64,000 bases of DNA, from IMG/VR virus record IMGVR_UViG_3300028797_000167, positions 1,596-65,595 of that record, one strand, 5' to 3'. Below the pieces are notes generated by a model, which searched no databases, had not been told where the DNA came from, and was given only the letters and a program-made list of their open reading frames with translations. Position numbers and translations under genes: made by a program. Below, in pieces: positions 20,796 through 29,397 of this stretch. How positions within the stretch are numbered: the first letter of the stretch is position 1; each line of letters starts with the position of its first letter. The DNA is from a virus. Lineage: Duplodnaviria; Caudoviricetes.

Positions 20796-21656
20796 TTAAG
20801 GTTTAGATTTAATCGACTTAAGATCTCTTTCAGCTTTATTACAAGCCATAATTGTTTTACAAAGTAATTCAGGAAGAAGCTGCTTAGCTCTAAGCTTTAC
20901 ATTTTCAGAAGCATTAGATTCCTTAATATACTTATCCAATTCATCGTTTGTTGGAAGAATATAGCCTTCAACTAAGTGAGTAATAGGATTAAACTTTGGC
21001 TTATTAAGGAAGAAAGTTTTAATGGCTTCTTCAGTATATTCAGATAGATCTTCTTTTTCCTTATTCAATTTGATTTTAAACTTTTCCTTATCTGATTTAG
21101 CTTTAAAGGTGTTATAGTCCTTTAGGTATTCATCATAAGTACCTTTAGAACGCATAGCAAATCTTTGAGCTTTATTTAATCCATCAGGACCAATTCTATG
21201 ATTCATAAAATATGCATATTCCTTATTAGTAAAATTATGCGGTTGAGGGATAGCCTTAAGAGTCTTAAATTCTTCTTCGGTGAATGGAACATTTCCTTCA
21301 GCGAATTGAATGAACTCTGAAGGTTCAGACCATTCAAGATTATCTTCGGAAAGATTAAAAGAGTTATGGTCTTTAAAAGTAATCTGGCTATAGTTATTAG
21401 GATTAGGGATTAAGGCAGTTGCAATCAATCTTGAACATGCAAAGGTATTACCCGGAGAAATGAATATTCTAAGCTGTGATCCTGGCTTATTAGTGGTTTT
21501 AGATTTAGCTTTAATTACCCATTCATTCTTCTTAAGCTTTTCAAATTCCTTTGTAATCCTATTATATCTAATATTCTCTGGAATAGAATAGTAGACATAT
21601 TTATCTGTGATTGATTTTACTTTGATTTCTTTATGAGTTTTATTCTTATAAGTCAT
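20796..21656 (-). CDS. Degenerate HNH_3-like protein fused to a C-terminal domain that is a separate gene in unit B
   Basis: SRLIATALIPNPNNYSQITFKDHNSFNLSEDNLEW matches the HNH_3 scaffold without the usual His; C-terminus matches 54469-54732. Confidence 0.65.
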   Translation of the reverse strand: MTYKNKTHKEIKVKSITDKYVYYSIPENIRYNRITKEFEKLKKNEWVIKAKSKTTNKPGSQLRIFISPGNTFACSRLIATALIPNPNNYSQITFKDHNSFNLSEDNLEWSEPSEFIQFAEGNVPFTEEEFKTLKAIPQPHNFTNKEYAYFMNHRIGPDGLNKAQRFAMRSKGTYDEYLKDYNTFKAKSDKEKFKIKLNKEKEDLSEYTEEAIKTFFLNKPKFNPITHLVEGYILPTNDELDKYIKESNASENVKLRAKQLLPELLCKTIMACNKAERDLKSIKSKP

Positions 21657-21729
21657 AATTTCCTCTGTGGATAATAATTCTAATTTATAGTTAAAATTTT
21701 AAGATTAGATGAAGGAAATTATTGAAAAT

Positions 21730-21890
21730 AAAATCTGCGTAAAATTTGTATATATAAATATTTATAATATTTATTATAATTATATCATAAAATTTTGCGC
21801 ACATTTTCAAATTAAGAAAAGTCTTCAAATAAAAATCTGCGTAAAATTTGTATATATTATAAATTATATCAGGAAATTTTACGCACATTT
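21730..21890. repeat. Two 102-bp-spaced direct repeats, each made of inverted TGCG(T/C)AAAATTT arms around an AT-rich spacer
   Basis: aaaatctgcgtaaaatttgtatatat at 21730-21755 and 21832-21857; inverted arms at 21736/21790 and 21838/21874. Confidence 0.85.
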
Positions 21891-22079
21891 TTTCCTGTAT
21901 GTAAAGTGATTATTCTTATACCCTACGAAGTCAGTGTATTATTTAAGCAAACTAACATATCTATGATAGATAGAATTGCGTATGAGCATACGTGAATCTA
22001 ATAACAGTAGTGGTTGAATAAGTTTTTATAGGTTCTACACATCCTTTATTCGACCCATGTAGTAGAACTACTTTAAATA

Positions 22080-22104
22080 GCTCTACACAAGATAAGTGTA
22101 GAGC
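22080..22104 (+). promoter_or_regulatory. Hairpin in leader of first early gene
   Basis: gctctacac-N7-gtgtagagc just upstream of the AAGGA RBS of 22126. Confidence 0.45.
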
Positions 22105-22125
22105 ATTTATTTTTAAGGACTAATC

Positions 22126-23175
22126 ATGATTACAATCGATTTACTTTCATCCTGCAAATATACTTATGCAGAACTCTCCTGTGTAATGAATGATGCAGAA
22201 GTATATATTGGTGAATCTAACAAGCTCGATTTGTACATGGTTAAACATTCCTTCTATGCTTGGAAGAAGAATAATACTCCTGCTAAGCTTGCAGAATTTA
22301 AGCTTCATCACGAAACAGTAAGCATGAAGTTTATGGGTATGATGGGTGCATTATCTATTGACTTTGATGATGCAGTAAATGTATGGAAGAATATTCTTTC
22401 CAGTTTTATTAAGTCCGAAAGTATCGTTAATGGTCTTATGAATTCTATGAATGAAGAATTCAAAGTATCGTTTGATATGGCTATGATCATTAATCCGATT
22501 AGAAAGAAAAGTAATATTAAACTCTCCGATGGTTCTAAAAAAGAGGTATATTATAATAAATTAATTCATGCCAGTAGTAATGTCTATAAGTCTTGTAAGG
22601 AACGTAATGAACGTGAAAGACAAGAACTCGCTAAGTATGTATACAAGTTCTTTAAGGATGTAGGCTATATTGACCAGGATAATAGAAGAACTATGAGTGG
22701 TAAGGATATCTATGCCGCTTGTAAATCTTCTGAGGATGCTTTGGGTGAGTTGAATATCCCGGTATGTTCGATTAGTTATAAGCTTGTATTAGAAGTATTT
22801 AAGACATTCAATGTTGGCAAAATGGCTAAGCTTGGTCGTCCTAGAAAGTCCGTTGTGGAGAAGGTCGAAGAAGTAATTCCTGTTGCAAAGGAAGAGGACG
22901 AAGTACAGGACGACCCGGTGACGCTAGAAGATGTAGTATACTTTATTCTTCCTGAAAATGATTATGCTTGGAAGTGCTTTAATGAAGAATCTTTCATGCG
23001 TAAGCCTAATAACCTTAAACGCTTTAGGGAAATCGTTCATGAACATCTTGTAAAGTATAATATAGCTTTATCTGATAATGACCTAAGTGATCTTGTTGCT
23101 GATTGTGTTGATAATAGCCAAGAGATTCTAGATGCATTTAATAACCATAAGCTCGGAGTAAATTATTATGCCTAA
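22126..23175 (+). CDS. Hypothetical early protein with AT-hook-like KLGRPRK; candidate replication/regulatory protein
   Basis: 349-aa ORF with RBS, first gene of the rightward operon; no recognisable family. Confidence 0.7.
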   Translation: MITIDLLSSCKYTYAELSCVMNDAEVYIGESNKLDLYMVKHSFYAWKKNNTPAKLAEFKLHHETVSMKFMGMMGALSIDFDDAVNVWKNILSSFIKSESIVNGLMNSMNEEFKVSFDMAMIINPIRKKSNIKLSDGSKKEVYYNKLIHASSNVYKSCKERNERERQELAKYVYKFFKDVGYIDQDNRRTMSGKDIYAACKSSEDALGELNIPVCSISYKLVLEVFKTFNVGKMAKLGRPRKSVVEKVEEVIPVAKEEDEVQDDPVTLEDVVYFILPENDYAWKCFNEESFMRKPNNLKRFREIVHEHLVKYNIALSDNDLSDLVADCVDNSQEILDAFNNHKLGVNYYA

Positions 23176-23563
23176 GTGTTTGAAGGCTACAATTAAAAAA
23201 TCTAAAAGCGATTTCTTCTTCGATACATATAAGGAGAATCCTTTATCCGATAAAGAATATAAAGCTAAAGATGGAAAGATATTTAAGTCATTCTTTCATT
23301 GCTTGTTATACAATCTTTATATGGATGGAACTATTAAGCGTTCTAATAGATTTAAGGCGTTAGATGGAAATCCAATTGTATGGGAATGTAAGATCCCGTC
23401 TAAGGAATTAAGAAAGATTATTAAAGATATGACTCCGAAGAACGTATGTTCCGTATTTAAGGTAGCAGCATTTAGAAAGCATTATAAGATCCTTGTAGTA
23501 TTAGATAACGGAAATTTAGTTCCATCTGATATGGAATTCATAGGAGTAAAATTAAATGAATAA
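23168..23563 (+). CDS. Hypothetical basic protein
   Basis: Overlaps neighbours in an operon, GGAG RBS. Confidence 0.65.
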   Translation: MPKCLKATIKKSKSDFFFDTYKENPLSDKEYKAKDGKIFKSFFHCLLYNLYMDGTIKRSNRFKALDGNPIVWECKIPSKELRKIIKDMTPKNVCSVFKVAAFRKHYKILVVLDNGNLVPSDMEFIGVKLNE

Positions 23564-23708
23564 ATGGTACATTAAAGCTGATGGTTATTTATCCTTATTT
23601 ATTGCTATAATAGGACTTATAGTTATATCTATATATGATTTCATTTCTTCAAAGGTAATTTATGTGCAACGAAAGAGAACCAGAAAAGCAAAGAATAGAT
23701 CCATCTGA
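23556..23708 (+). CDS. Small membrane protein (50 aa, not in ORF track)
   Basis: AGGAG RBS; MNKWYIKADGYFILIIAIIGLIVISIYDFISSKVIYVQRKRTRKAKNRSI with one hydrophobic segment and a basic tail. Confidence 0.45.
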   Translation: MNKWYIKADGYLSLFIAIIGLIVISIYDFISSKVIYVQRKRTRKAKNRSI

Positions 23709-24033
23709 ATTCCATGTATGTGGATTAGATATTAACGATATAAGTACATTTGCTACTGCGGTAAAGTCTTTCCACGGTTATACTGATGATGAACTATATC
23801 TTGCAGACCAGTTAAGAAAGGCTATAGATAAAGCTTGTACATACAAGCATAATAAGATTAATGCCAAGACTTATCCGTTCTTTGGTACAAAGGCTCATGA
23901 GCATATAAAGGTAAAGATTGAAGTATTATATATGATGATGGCTTATGCTTATAGAGAAATTCAATTTGAACGAGAAGCATGGAAGCATTTTGCTGAAGAA
24001 TATTGGAGAGGTGGTGATGCCGATAGATTGTAG
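23662..24033 (+). CDS. Hypothetical protein
   Basis: 123-aa ORF in the early operon. Confidence 0.6.
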   Translation: MCNEREPEKQRIDPSEFHVCGLDINDISTFATAVKSFHGYTDDELYLADQLRKAIDKACTYKHNKINAKTYPFFGTKAHEHIKVKIEVLYMMMAYAYREIQFEREAWKHFAEEYWRGGDADRL

Positions 24034-24274
24034 TGGTTGCTCTGGCTTATGCTGCAAGCATGTAAATAGAAATCCCGCAGGGAAATCATTAGACCGTGGC
24101 GATGGAACTTGTGTGTTTCTTAATAGTAATAATGAATGTACTATATATGAACATAGACCAGTTGTATGTAACACGGATCTAATGTACAAATTAATCTTTT
24201 CAAAATTAATGACAAGAAAATTCTATGACCGCATGAATCTAAATGCGTGTGAAGAACTTAAACAGAGGAAATAA
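24017..24274 (+). CDS. YkgJ-family Cys-cluster (Zn/Fe-S) protein
   Basis: CSGCSGLCC...DRGDGTCVFL...CTIYEHRPVVC; start trimmed to MPIDC; homologue at 58165-58434. Confidence 0.85.
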   Translation: MPIDCSGCSGLCCKHVNRNPAGKSLDRGDGTCVFLNSNNECTIYEHRPVVCNTDLMYKLIFSKLMTRKFYDRMNLNACEELKQRK

Positions 24275-24372
24275 AATGATTAGCGAAAAAGAATTAGATA
24301 CTATTTATGAAAAAGTATTAAAGATTATTACCACGAATGATTCTAGTGAATCGAATTCTAAAGAGGTAAATA

Positions 24373-24588
24373 ATGAAAAACCTAGATAGTGCTATTGTAT
24401 CAGTGACAGCTTTTAAGTCTGAATTAGATGAATCTTTGAAAGATATTATATCTAAGGACCCTAAAGCTGAAGTAGATATTCTATTACAAATCCAAGCTTC
24501 TTGCATTGAATTCTTGCAGTGCGCTGAAGCTATTAAGAAAGGTTATAATTCTTGGGGTGAAGTTCCCCTTTCAATCAACTCAATTTAA
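24373..24588 (+). CDS. Hypothetical protein
   Basis: GAGG RBS, 71 aa, in operon. Confidence 0.55.
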   Translation: MKNLDSAIVSVTAFKSELDESLKDIISKDPKAEVDILLQIQASCIEFLQCAEAIKKGYNSWGEVPLSINSI

Positions 24589-24601
24589 AAGGAATAATAT
24601 T

Positions 24602-24871
24602 ATGGAACCAGAAATCGAAACCTATTCTTTCGGAGCAGCCCTAGAACTACTTAAGCTAGGCAAGAAGATTAAACGACTTGGTTGGAATGGAACCGGGATT
24701 TTTATTTGCCTTCAAACGCCGGATGAATATTCTAAAATGACTCAGCCATATATTTACATCGATACCCTAGGACTTCAAACGACTAATCCTAAGGCCCCTA
24801 AAGGTCGTGTACCGTGGCTTGCAAGTCAGACGGACATGCTTTCTGAAGATTGGGTTGAAGTTAAAGAATAA
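24602..24871 (+). CDS. DUF2829 / Thoeris anti-defence Tad2-like protein
   Basis: YSFGAALELLKLGKKIKRLGWNG...PYIYI...VPWLASQTDMLSEDW family motif; start trimmed to MEPEIE. Confidence 0.8.
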   Translation: MEPEIETYSFGAALELLKLGKKIKRLGWNGTGIFICLQTPDEYSKMTQPYIYIDTLGLQTTNPKAPKGRVPWLASQTDMLSEDWVEVKE

Positions 24872-24962
24872 CACCCATTCTTGTACACTTAAAAATTCAT
24901 AAAACTGCGAATCTAAATAAACTTATATATTGAATATTTGCAGTCTAAATGAGTTTAATTAG

Positions 24963-25006
24963 ATCTCCTTATCCCTTGGACTGCAGATTATCCGGGATAA
25001 GGAGAT
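24963..25006. promoter_or_regulatory. 13-bp stem-loop in leader of RhuM-like gene
   Basis: atctccttatccc-N18-gggataaggagat. Confidence 0.55.
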
Positions 25007-25026
25007 TATATTTAAAGGGTATATTT

Positions 25027-25665
25027 ATGTCAAAAGAAATCATGTCTACATTTACTTCTGAAGATGGAAAAATTATTCTTCCTGTTCTTACTGATGTTGA
25101 AGATGTATGGTTGAACCAGAAGCAATTATCCATTCTTTATGGGGTTAGTCAGCAGACTATAAGTGAACATGTAGCTAACGCTCTTAAAGAAGAATGTCAA
25201 GATTCAACTAACAGGAATTTCCTGTGTGTTCAAACTGAAGGAAAACGTCAAGTAGAGCGTTCTATTGAACACTATAACCTTGATGTAATTCTATCTGTCG
25301 GGTATCGAGTTAAAAGTAAACGTGGTATCGAATTTAGAAGGTGGGCTAATCAAATCCTAAAGGAAAGAATTATGGAAATGATTAAAGCCACTAACGCTAA
25401 GGTTAAAGAACTATTGCCATACAAGCACAAGGTAGAACACCAAGAAGCTATTGCGTGTGAATATAGAACTAAGAGCCGTGGAACTTGTATCAAATTGATT
25501 AATATCGAAACCGGGAAGCTTTCAACTTTATGGAAGGTGCCTTTGGATGTTAAGAAATATTTGTATAAGTATTCTAAATATGAACGTGGTTTATTGTTCG
25601 ATAAATGGAAGCGCACACATAATTTCTATGAATTCATTAGATATAGAATCGAAAAGGGAATTTAG
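25027..25665 (+). CDS. RhuM-like DNA-binding domain fused to a conserved phage domain shared with 58482-58748
   Basis: VWLNQKQLSILYGVSQQTISEH...HYNLDVILSVGYRVKSKRGIEFRRWA (RhuM-family motif); C-terminus RTKSRG...KYERGLLFDKWK. Confidence 0.75.
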   Translation: MSKEIMSTFTSEDGKIILPVLTDVEDVWLNQKQLSILYGVSQQTISEHVANALKEECQDSTNRNFLCVQTEGKRQVERSIEHYNLDVILSVGYRVKSKRGIEFRRWANQILKERIMEMIKATNAKVKELLPYKHKVEHQEAIACEYRTKSRGTCIKLINIETGKLSTLWKVPLDVKKYLYKYSKYERGLLFDKWKRTHNFYEFIRYRIEKGI

Positions 25666-25666
25666 T

Positions 25667-25768
25667 ATGGAACCCTATGAAGTTATAAAGTGTATATTTA
25701 TAGGTGTTTTAGTTGGATGTGTTATAAGCATATCTATAAATTACATCCATGATAAATTCTTTAAATAA
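25667..25768 (+). CDS. Small hydrophobic peptide (33 aa)
   Basis: MEPYEVIKCIFIGVLVGCVISISINYIHDKFFK, starts 2 nt after the upstream stop. Confidence 0.4.
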   Translation: MEPYEVIKCIFIGVLVGCVISISINYIHDKFFK

Positions 25769-25769
25769 A

Positions 25770-25805
25770 ATTAATCTCATATACCATGTGGTATATGAGA
25801 TTAAT
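25770..25805. terminator. Bidirectional terminator-like hairpin at convergence of early and late transcription
   Basis: attaatctcatatacc-atgt-ggtatatgagattaat. Confidence 0.7.
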
Positions 25806-25866
25806 CAACTTAACTTACAAGGTAATTTATGTACGTATTCTCGTAATAGAATGTTACATATATAAA

Positions 25867-26169
25867 TTATACCTTATCAGCAATAGTTACCGTAGTATTC
25901 TTTGTAACATTCGATACGGTGAGGGTCGTGCCAGAGACATCACCACCAGTTACGGTAATATCATCTGCGTCCTTTTCAGATGCGAACGTTAGAGTAAATG
26001 TAGCAGACTGCCACTCGCCAACTGATTTAGATTCAGGCGATACAGCGGTTACATTACTCCCGGAAATACTTACAGAGACAGTAAACTTCTGGTGAGAATC
26101 ACCGCAAGCTCTGTCAATACTTTCAGCCGGGAACGGTACATATTTAGCTTCTTCAGACGGGGTAATCAT
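25867..26169 (-). CDS. Small beta-rich (Ig/InlB B-repeat-like) protein, moron-like, unit A only
   Basis: AGGAG RBS; FTVSVSISG...TFTLTF...TLTVSNVTKNTTVTI; flanked by hairpins. Confidence 0.6.
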   Translation of the reverse strand: MITPSEEAKYVPFPAESIDRACGDSHQKFTVSVSISGSNVTAVSPESKSVGEWQSATFTLTFASEKDADDITVTGGDVSGTTLTVSNVTKNTTVTIADKV

Positions 26170-26220
26170 TATAGATTTCTCCTTGTTAATGTGAATTAGA
26201 TTTTAAAGAATAAATATAAA

Positions 26221-26249
26221 GCGGTTATAGCCTCGAAGATTATAACCGC
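26221..26249 (-). terminator. Hairpin after last fibre gene
   Basis: gcggttata-N11-tataaccgc, followed by T-rich run on minus strand. Confidence 0.6.
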
Positions 26250-26282
26250 CCAAAATATTATAACTCTCATGCAATAGAATGT

Positions 26283-28364
26283 CTATGTTACATCACCCCA
26301 AATATGTTCCCCGGTTAGGAACAAAGTGGTGCTTTGATTCATAAACGTCTTTCTAATGTAGATTCTATAATGCGAAGGTGTTGTACTTGTAGTGTCATAT
26401 AGGTTAATAATATATGAACAGTCTACAGTTGACGTTCCATCGTATTGAGTGAATTGAAAGAAGAGTTGATAGTTAGCAGTAGTGCTAATAGTATCATATG
26501 TTATTTTATTATCAATTTCACTCGTAGAAGATGTTCTATGTACAATATCATATACGAAAGAATTAGTCATAGAAGAACTAGAGGATTTAATACCAACTTG
26601 AATATTTCCACTTGATGTACCATGACCGCCAATCTTAATAGCTCCAATAGTCAACCAGTCATCATATGAATCTTGAAGAGTTGTTGTAACTCTATTAGTC
26701 ATTACTGACGGAAGATTTGCATCCATTGTACCATTTAGACTAAACGGATTCATTCTCCAGCCAGTTGTATCATCACATATAAAGTGCCTTACACCTGCGG
26801 TAAATAAATTTCCGGTCATAATTGTAGCAGTAAAGTAAATATACGTAGGTGCTATACGGCTAGGTAATGCATATACAGAACTATTATACCTTAGAATAAC
26901 CAGTTTCCCTTCATTTAAAGCACTAGACATGCTACTAAATGAAGTCTGTCCGTATGTAGCTATAAAGACTTCTGTCGGAGCATCAGCCCATATAGGGATA
27001 TCATTATTTGCTACAAGCTTTAGATATTTATCAGAAGCCGGAGCACTCGGAGGAATAGGCACAAGGCTTCCAAGTTCATTAGTCCCAAGCTTTAAAGCCA
27101 AATTATCTTGATCTATATTTAATGTAGATTCAACATAAGTTGTTGAAGAACCTTGGGTAGTCTGCGTCCATGATAATTCAGGAACAGTCGGTTTATTCTT
27201 TATATAATCATCTGCACTGGTATTAGTCTGTGTCCAGTTAGATTGTACATTAGCTTCAGCACCAGATTGAATACCGTCTAACTTGGTTTTATCTCCAGAG
27301 GACATTAAACCAGCAGTAGATGCAGTTGCATTACCGGGTTTATTCTTAATGTAATCATCATATGCAGAATTAGTCTGCGACCAGTCTGCTTGTACATTAG
27401 CTTCTGCGCCAGATTGAATACCGTCTAATTTAGTCTTATCAGCTGCGGACATAAATCCTGCGGTAGATGAAGTTGCATTACCGGGTTTATTCTTTATATA
27501 ATCATCCGCACTAGTATTAGTCTGGTTCCAATCCGATTGAACGTTTACTTCTGCGCCAGATGCTATACCATCTAATTTATTCTTAAGTGTATTAGTGAAA
27601 TTATTATCTGTGTGTACATAAGAAGCGTCTTGTACAAGGTTAGAGGGCTTATTTTTTATATAATCGTCCGCACTAGTATTAGATTGATTCCAATCGCTTT
27701 GTACATTTACTTCAGCACCAGCTGCTATTCCATCTAATTTCGTCTTAAGTGTATTAGTGAAATTGTTATCCGTGTGAACGTAAGAAGCATCTTGTACTAA
27801 ATTTTCTGGTTTATTCTTTATATAATCATCTTCTGCATTATCAGTCTGGTTCCAGTCCGCTTGTACATTTACTTCAGCACCTGCTTCGATACCATCTAAT
27901 TTCGTTTTAAGAGTGTTAGTGAAATTATTATCAGTATGTACATAGGATGCGTCTTGTACAAGATTAGACGGTTTATTCTTTATGTAATCATCAGCACTTG
28001 AATTAGACTGGTTCCAATCAGCTTGTACATTTACTTCTGCGCCAGATTGAATACCGTCTAATTTAGTCTTATCAGCTGCGGACATAAAGCCATCAGTAGA
28101 CTGCGTGGCATTACCAGGTTTATTCTTAATGTAATCAGCTGCAGAAGAATTAGTCTGCGTCCAGTCTGATTGTACATTAGCTCCTGCGCCTTCTGCAATA
28201 CCATCTAACTTGGTTTTATCTGCTGCGGACATTAAACCATTAGAGGATTGAGTAGCCGTAGCATTCTTAGCTGCATCAATATTAGCTCTAGCTTGGTCTT
28301 GTTCGCCAACTTGTAAACCTTGAGCTTGGTTCCATAGCACTGCGCTATTTCTTGAAATTGACAT
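26283..28364 (-). CDS. Long tail fibre with seven VQ(S/A)DW...DYIKNKP repeats
   Basis: 49- and 54-aa repeat units followed by a unique C-terminal tip; counterpart at 58890-60968. Confidence 0.75.
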   Translation of the reverse strand: MSISRNSAVLWNQAQGLQVGEQDQARANIDAAKNATATQSSNGLMSAADKTKLDGIAEGAGANVQSDWTQTNSSAADYIKNKPGNATQSTDGFMSAADKTKLDGIQSGAEVNVQADWNQSNSSADDYIKNKPSNLVQDASYVHTDNNFTNTLKTKLDGIEAGAEVNVQADWNQTDNAEDDYIKNKPENLVQDASYVHTDNNFTNTLKTKLDGIAAGAEVNVQSDWNQSNTSADDYIKNKPSNLVQDASYVHTDNNFTNTLKNKLDGIASGAEVNVQSDWNQTNTSADDYIKNKPGNATSSTAGFMSAADKTKLDGIQSGAEANVQADWSQTNSAYDDYIKNKPGNATASTAGLMSSGDKTKLDGIQSGAEANVQSNWTQTNTSADDYIKNKPTVPELSWTQTTQGSSTTYVESTLNIDQDNLALKLGTNELGSLVPIPPSAPASDKYLKLVANNDIPIWADAPTEVFIATYGQTSFSSMSSALNEGKLVILRYNSSVYALPSRIAPTYIYFTATIMTGNLFTAGVRHFICDDTTGWRMNPFSLNGTMDANLPSVMTNRVTTTLQDSYDDWLTIGAIKIGGHGTSSGNIQVGIKSSSSSMTNSFVYDIVHRTSSTSEIDNKITYDTISTTANYQLFFQFTQYDGTSTVDCSYIINLYDTTSTTPSHYRIYIRKTFMNQSTTLFLTGEHIWGDVT

Positions 28365-28590
28365 TCTCAATCTCCTTCATGTTTAATTTTATAATTAGAT
28401 CTAATTGACCACGAATCTTTGACATGTCGGCTTTAATCTCCGTAATCGATTCTGTCGTTTTATCTAATTTATCAACTTTCTCGTTAAGTTCTTGAACCTG
28501 AAAGAAAAGGTACGCTGCCAACACTGCAGCAGCAGTACCCACTTTCTTACCTATTTCATCTAAAGCATTCATCACGCTTGTAGTTGCCAT
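28345..28590 (-). CDS. Holin-like single-TM coiled-coil protein
   Basis: GTAAAVLAAYLFFQV hydrophobic helix plus coiled coil; same segment conserved at 60970-61200. Confidence 0.45.
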   Translation of the reverse strand: MATTSVMNALDEIGKKVGTAAAVLAAYLFFQVQELNEKVDKLDKTTESITEIKADMSKIRGQLDLIIKLNMKEIENVNFKK

Positions 28591-28601
28591 GTTGCCTCCA
28601 T

Positions 28602-29390
28602 TTACTTCCAAGATGATGGAATGTTTCGATATAAGCTTTGTGAATATGGGTCCGGGTCATATACCGCACAATTTCTAAAGCATCCAGAATGATTGCCAGT
28701 ATGATTAGGACTCCATATGTCATATAACAACTTACATCCTTCGCCACTTAATCCTGTGCAGCTATCACAAGTATTACTAAGATCGCATGAAGAAGGCACT
28801 TTCCAGTCAGTTTCTAAATGGTTATATCCTACAAGGCTATCTCTAGTAAAGCTGGAACCTTTAAAAGCATATTTAAAATTAAGTACACTAGTAAGAACCA
28901 TAAGAGGTACACCACGAATGTTTTTGCAATTTTCAAACATACTTTCCATAGACGTAACAGATCTAGTATCCATATATACATCGTTATAGTCTATATCTAA
29001 AGTAGTAAGGTTCTTGAATAGATAATTCATATTAGTAACGCCACTACAATTAGCACCTATAAGCTTTACAAAGCTTAGATTATTAAATGGTGATGCCGAA
29101 CCCTTAAAAGGAGATGTGCCATATATACTCCATATAGGATTATTATAGGTCCAATCCCAAACTCGTCCTGATACATGAGTCCAAGTTCCTGCATACCAAC
29201 TATATCCAAGCGGATTAAAGTATTCGTTTGTAGCAGGGTCTATACCAAATATAAACCTTAAAGAATTTTCAGGCACGAATATAGTAGTATTTCCTTTTCC
29301 AAGTGGTAAAATTCTTGTATTAGGATATTCTTCAGAGCTTGCATCATAGTGTAATATTTTTCCATTGAATGATATTTGATTATCAGTCAT
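28602..29390 (-). CDS. DUF285/BspA-like repeat protein (putative receptor-binding accessory)
   Basis: SGVTNMNYLF, TRSVTSMESMFENC repeats; N-terminal LRF.F...GTW...WDWTY domain. Confidence 0.6.
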   Translation of the reverse strand: MTDNQISFNGKILHYDASSEEYPNTRILPLGKGNTTIFVPENSLRFIFGIDPATNEYFNPLGYSWYAGTWTHVSGRVWDWTYNNPIWSIYGTSPFKGSASPFNNLSFVKLIGANCSGVTNMNYLFKNLTTLDIDYNDVYMDTRSVTSMESMFENCKNIRGVPLMVLTSVLNFKYAFKGSSFTRDSLVGYNHLETDWKVPSSCDLSNTCDSCTGLSGEGCKLLYDIWSPNHTGNHSGCFRNCAVYDPDPYSQSLYRNIPSSWK

Positions 29391-29397
29391 ACATACC

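Noticed and set aside
24276-24389. 37-aa ORF MISEKELDTIYEK... between the YkgJ-like gene and 24373
   Set aside because: Plausible RBS but too short and without a homologue in unit B; not enough support to call
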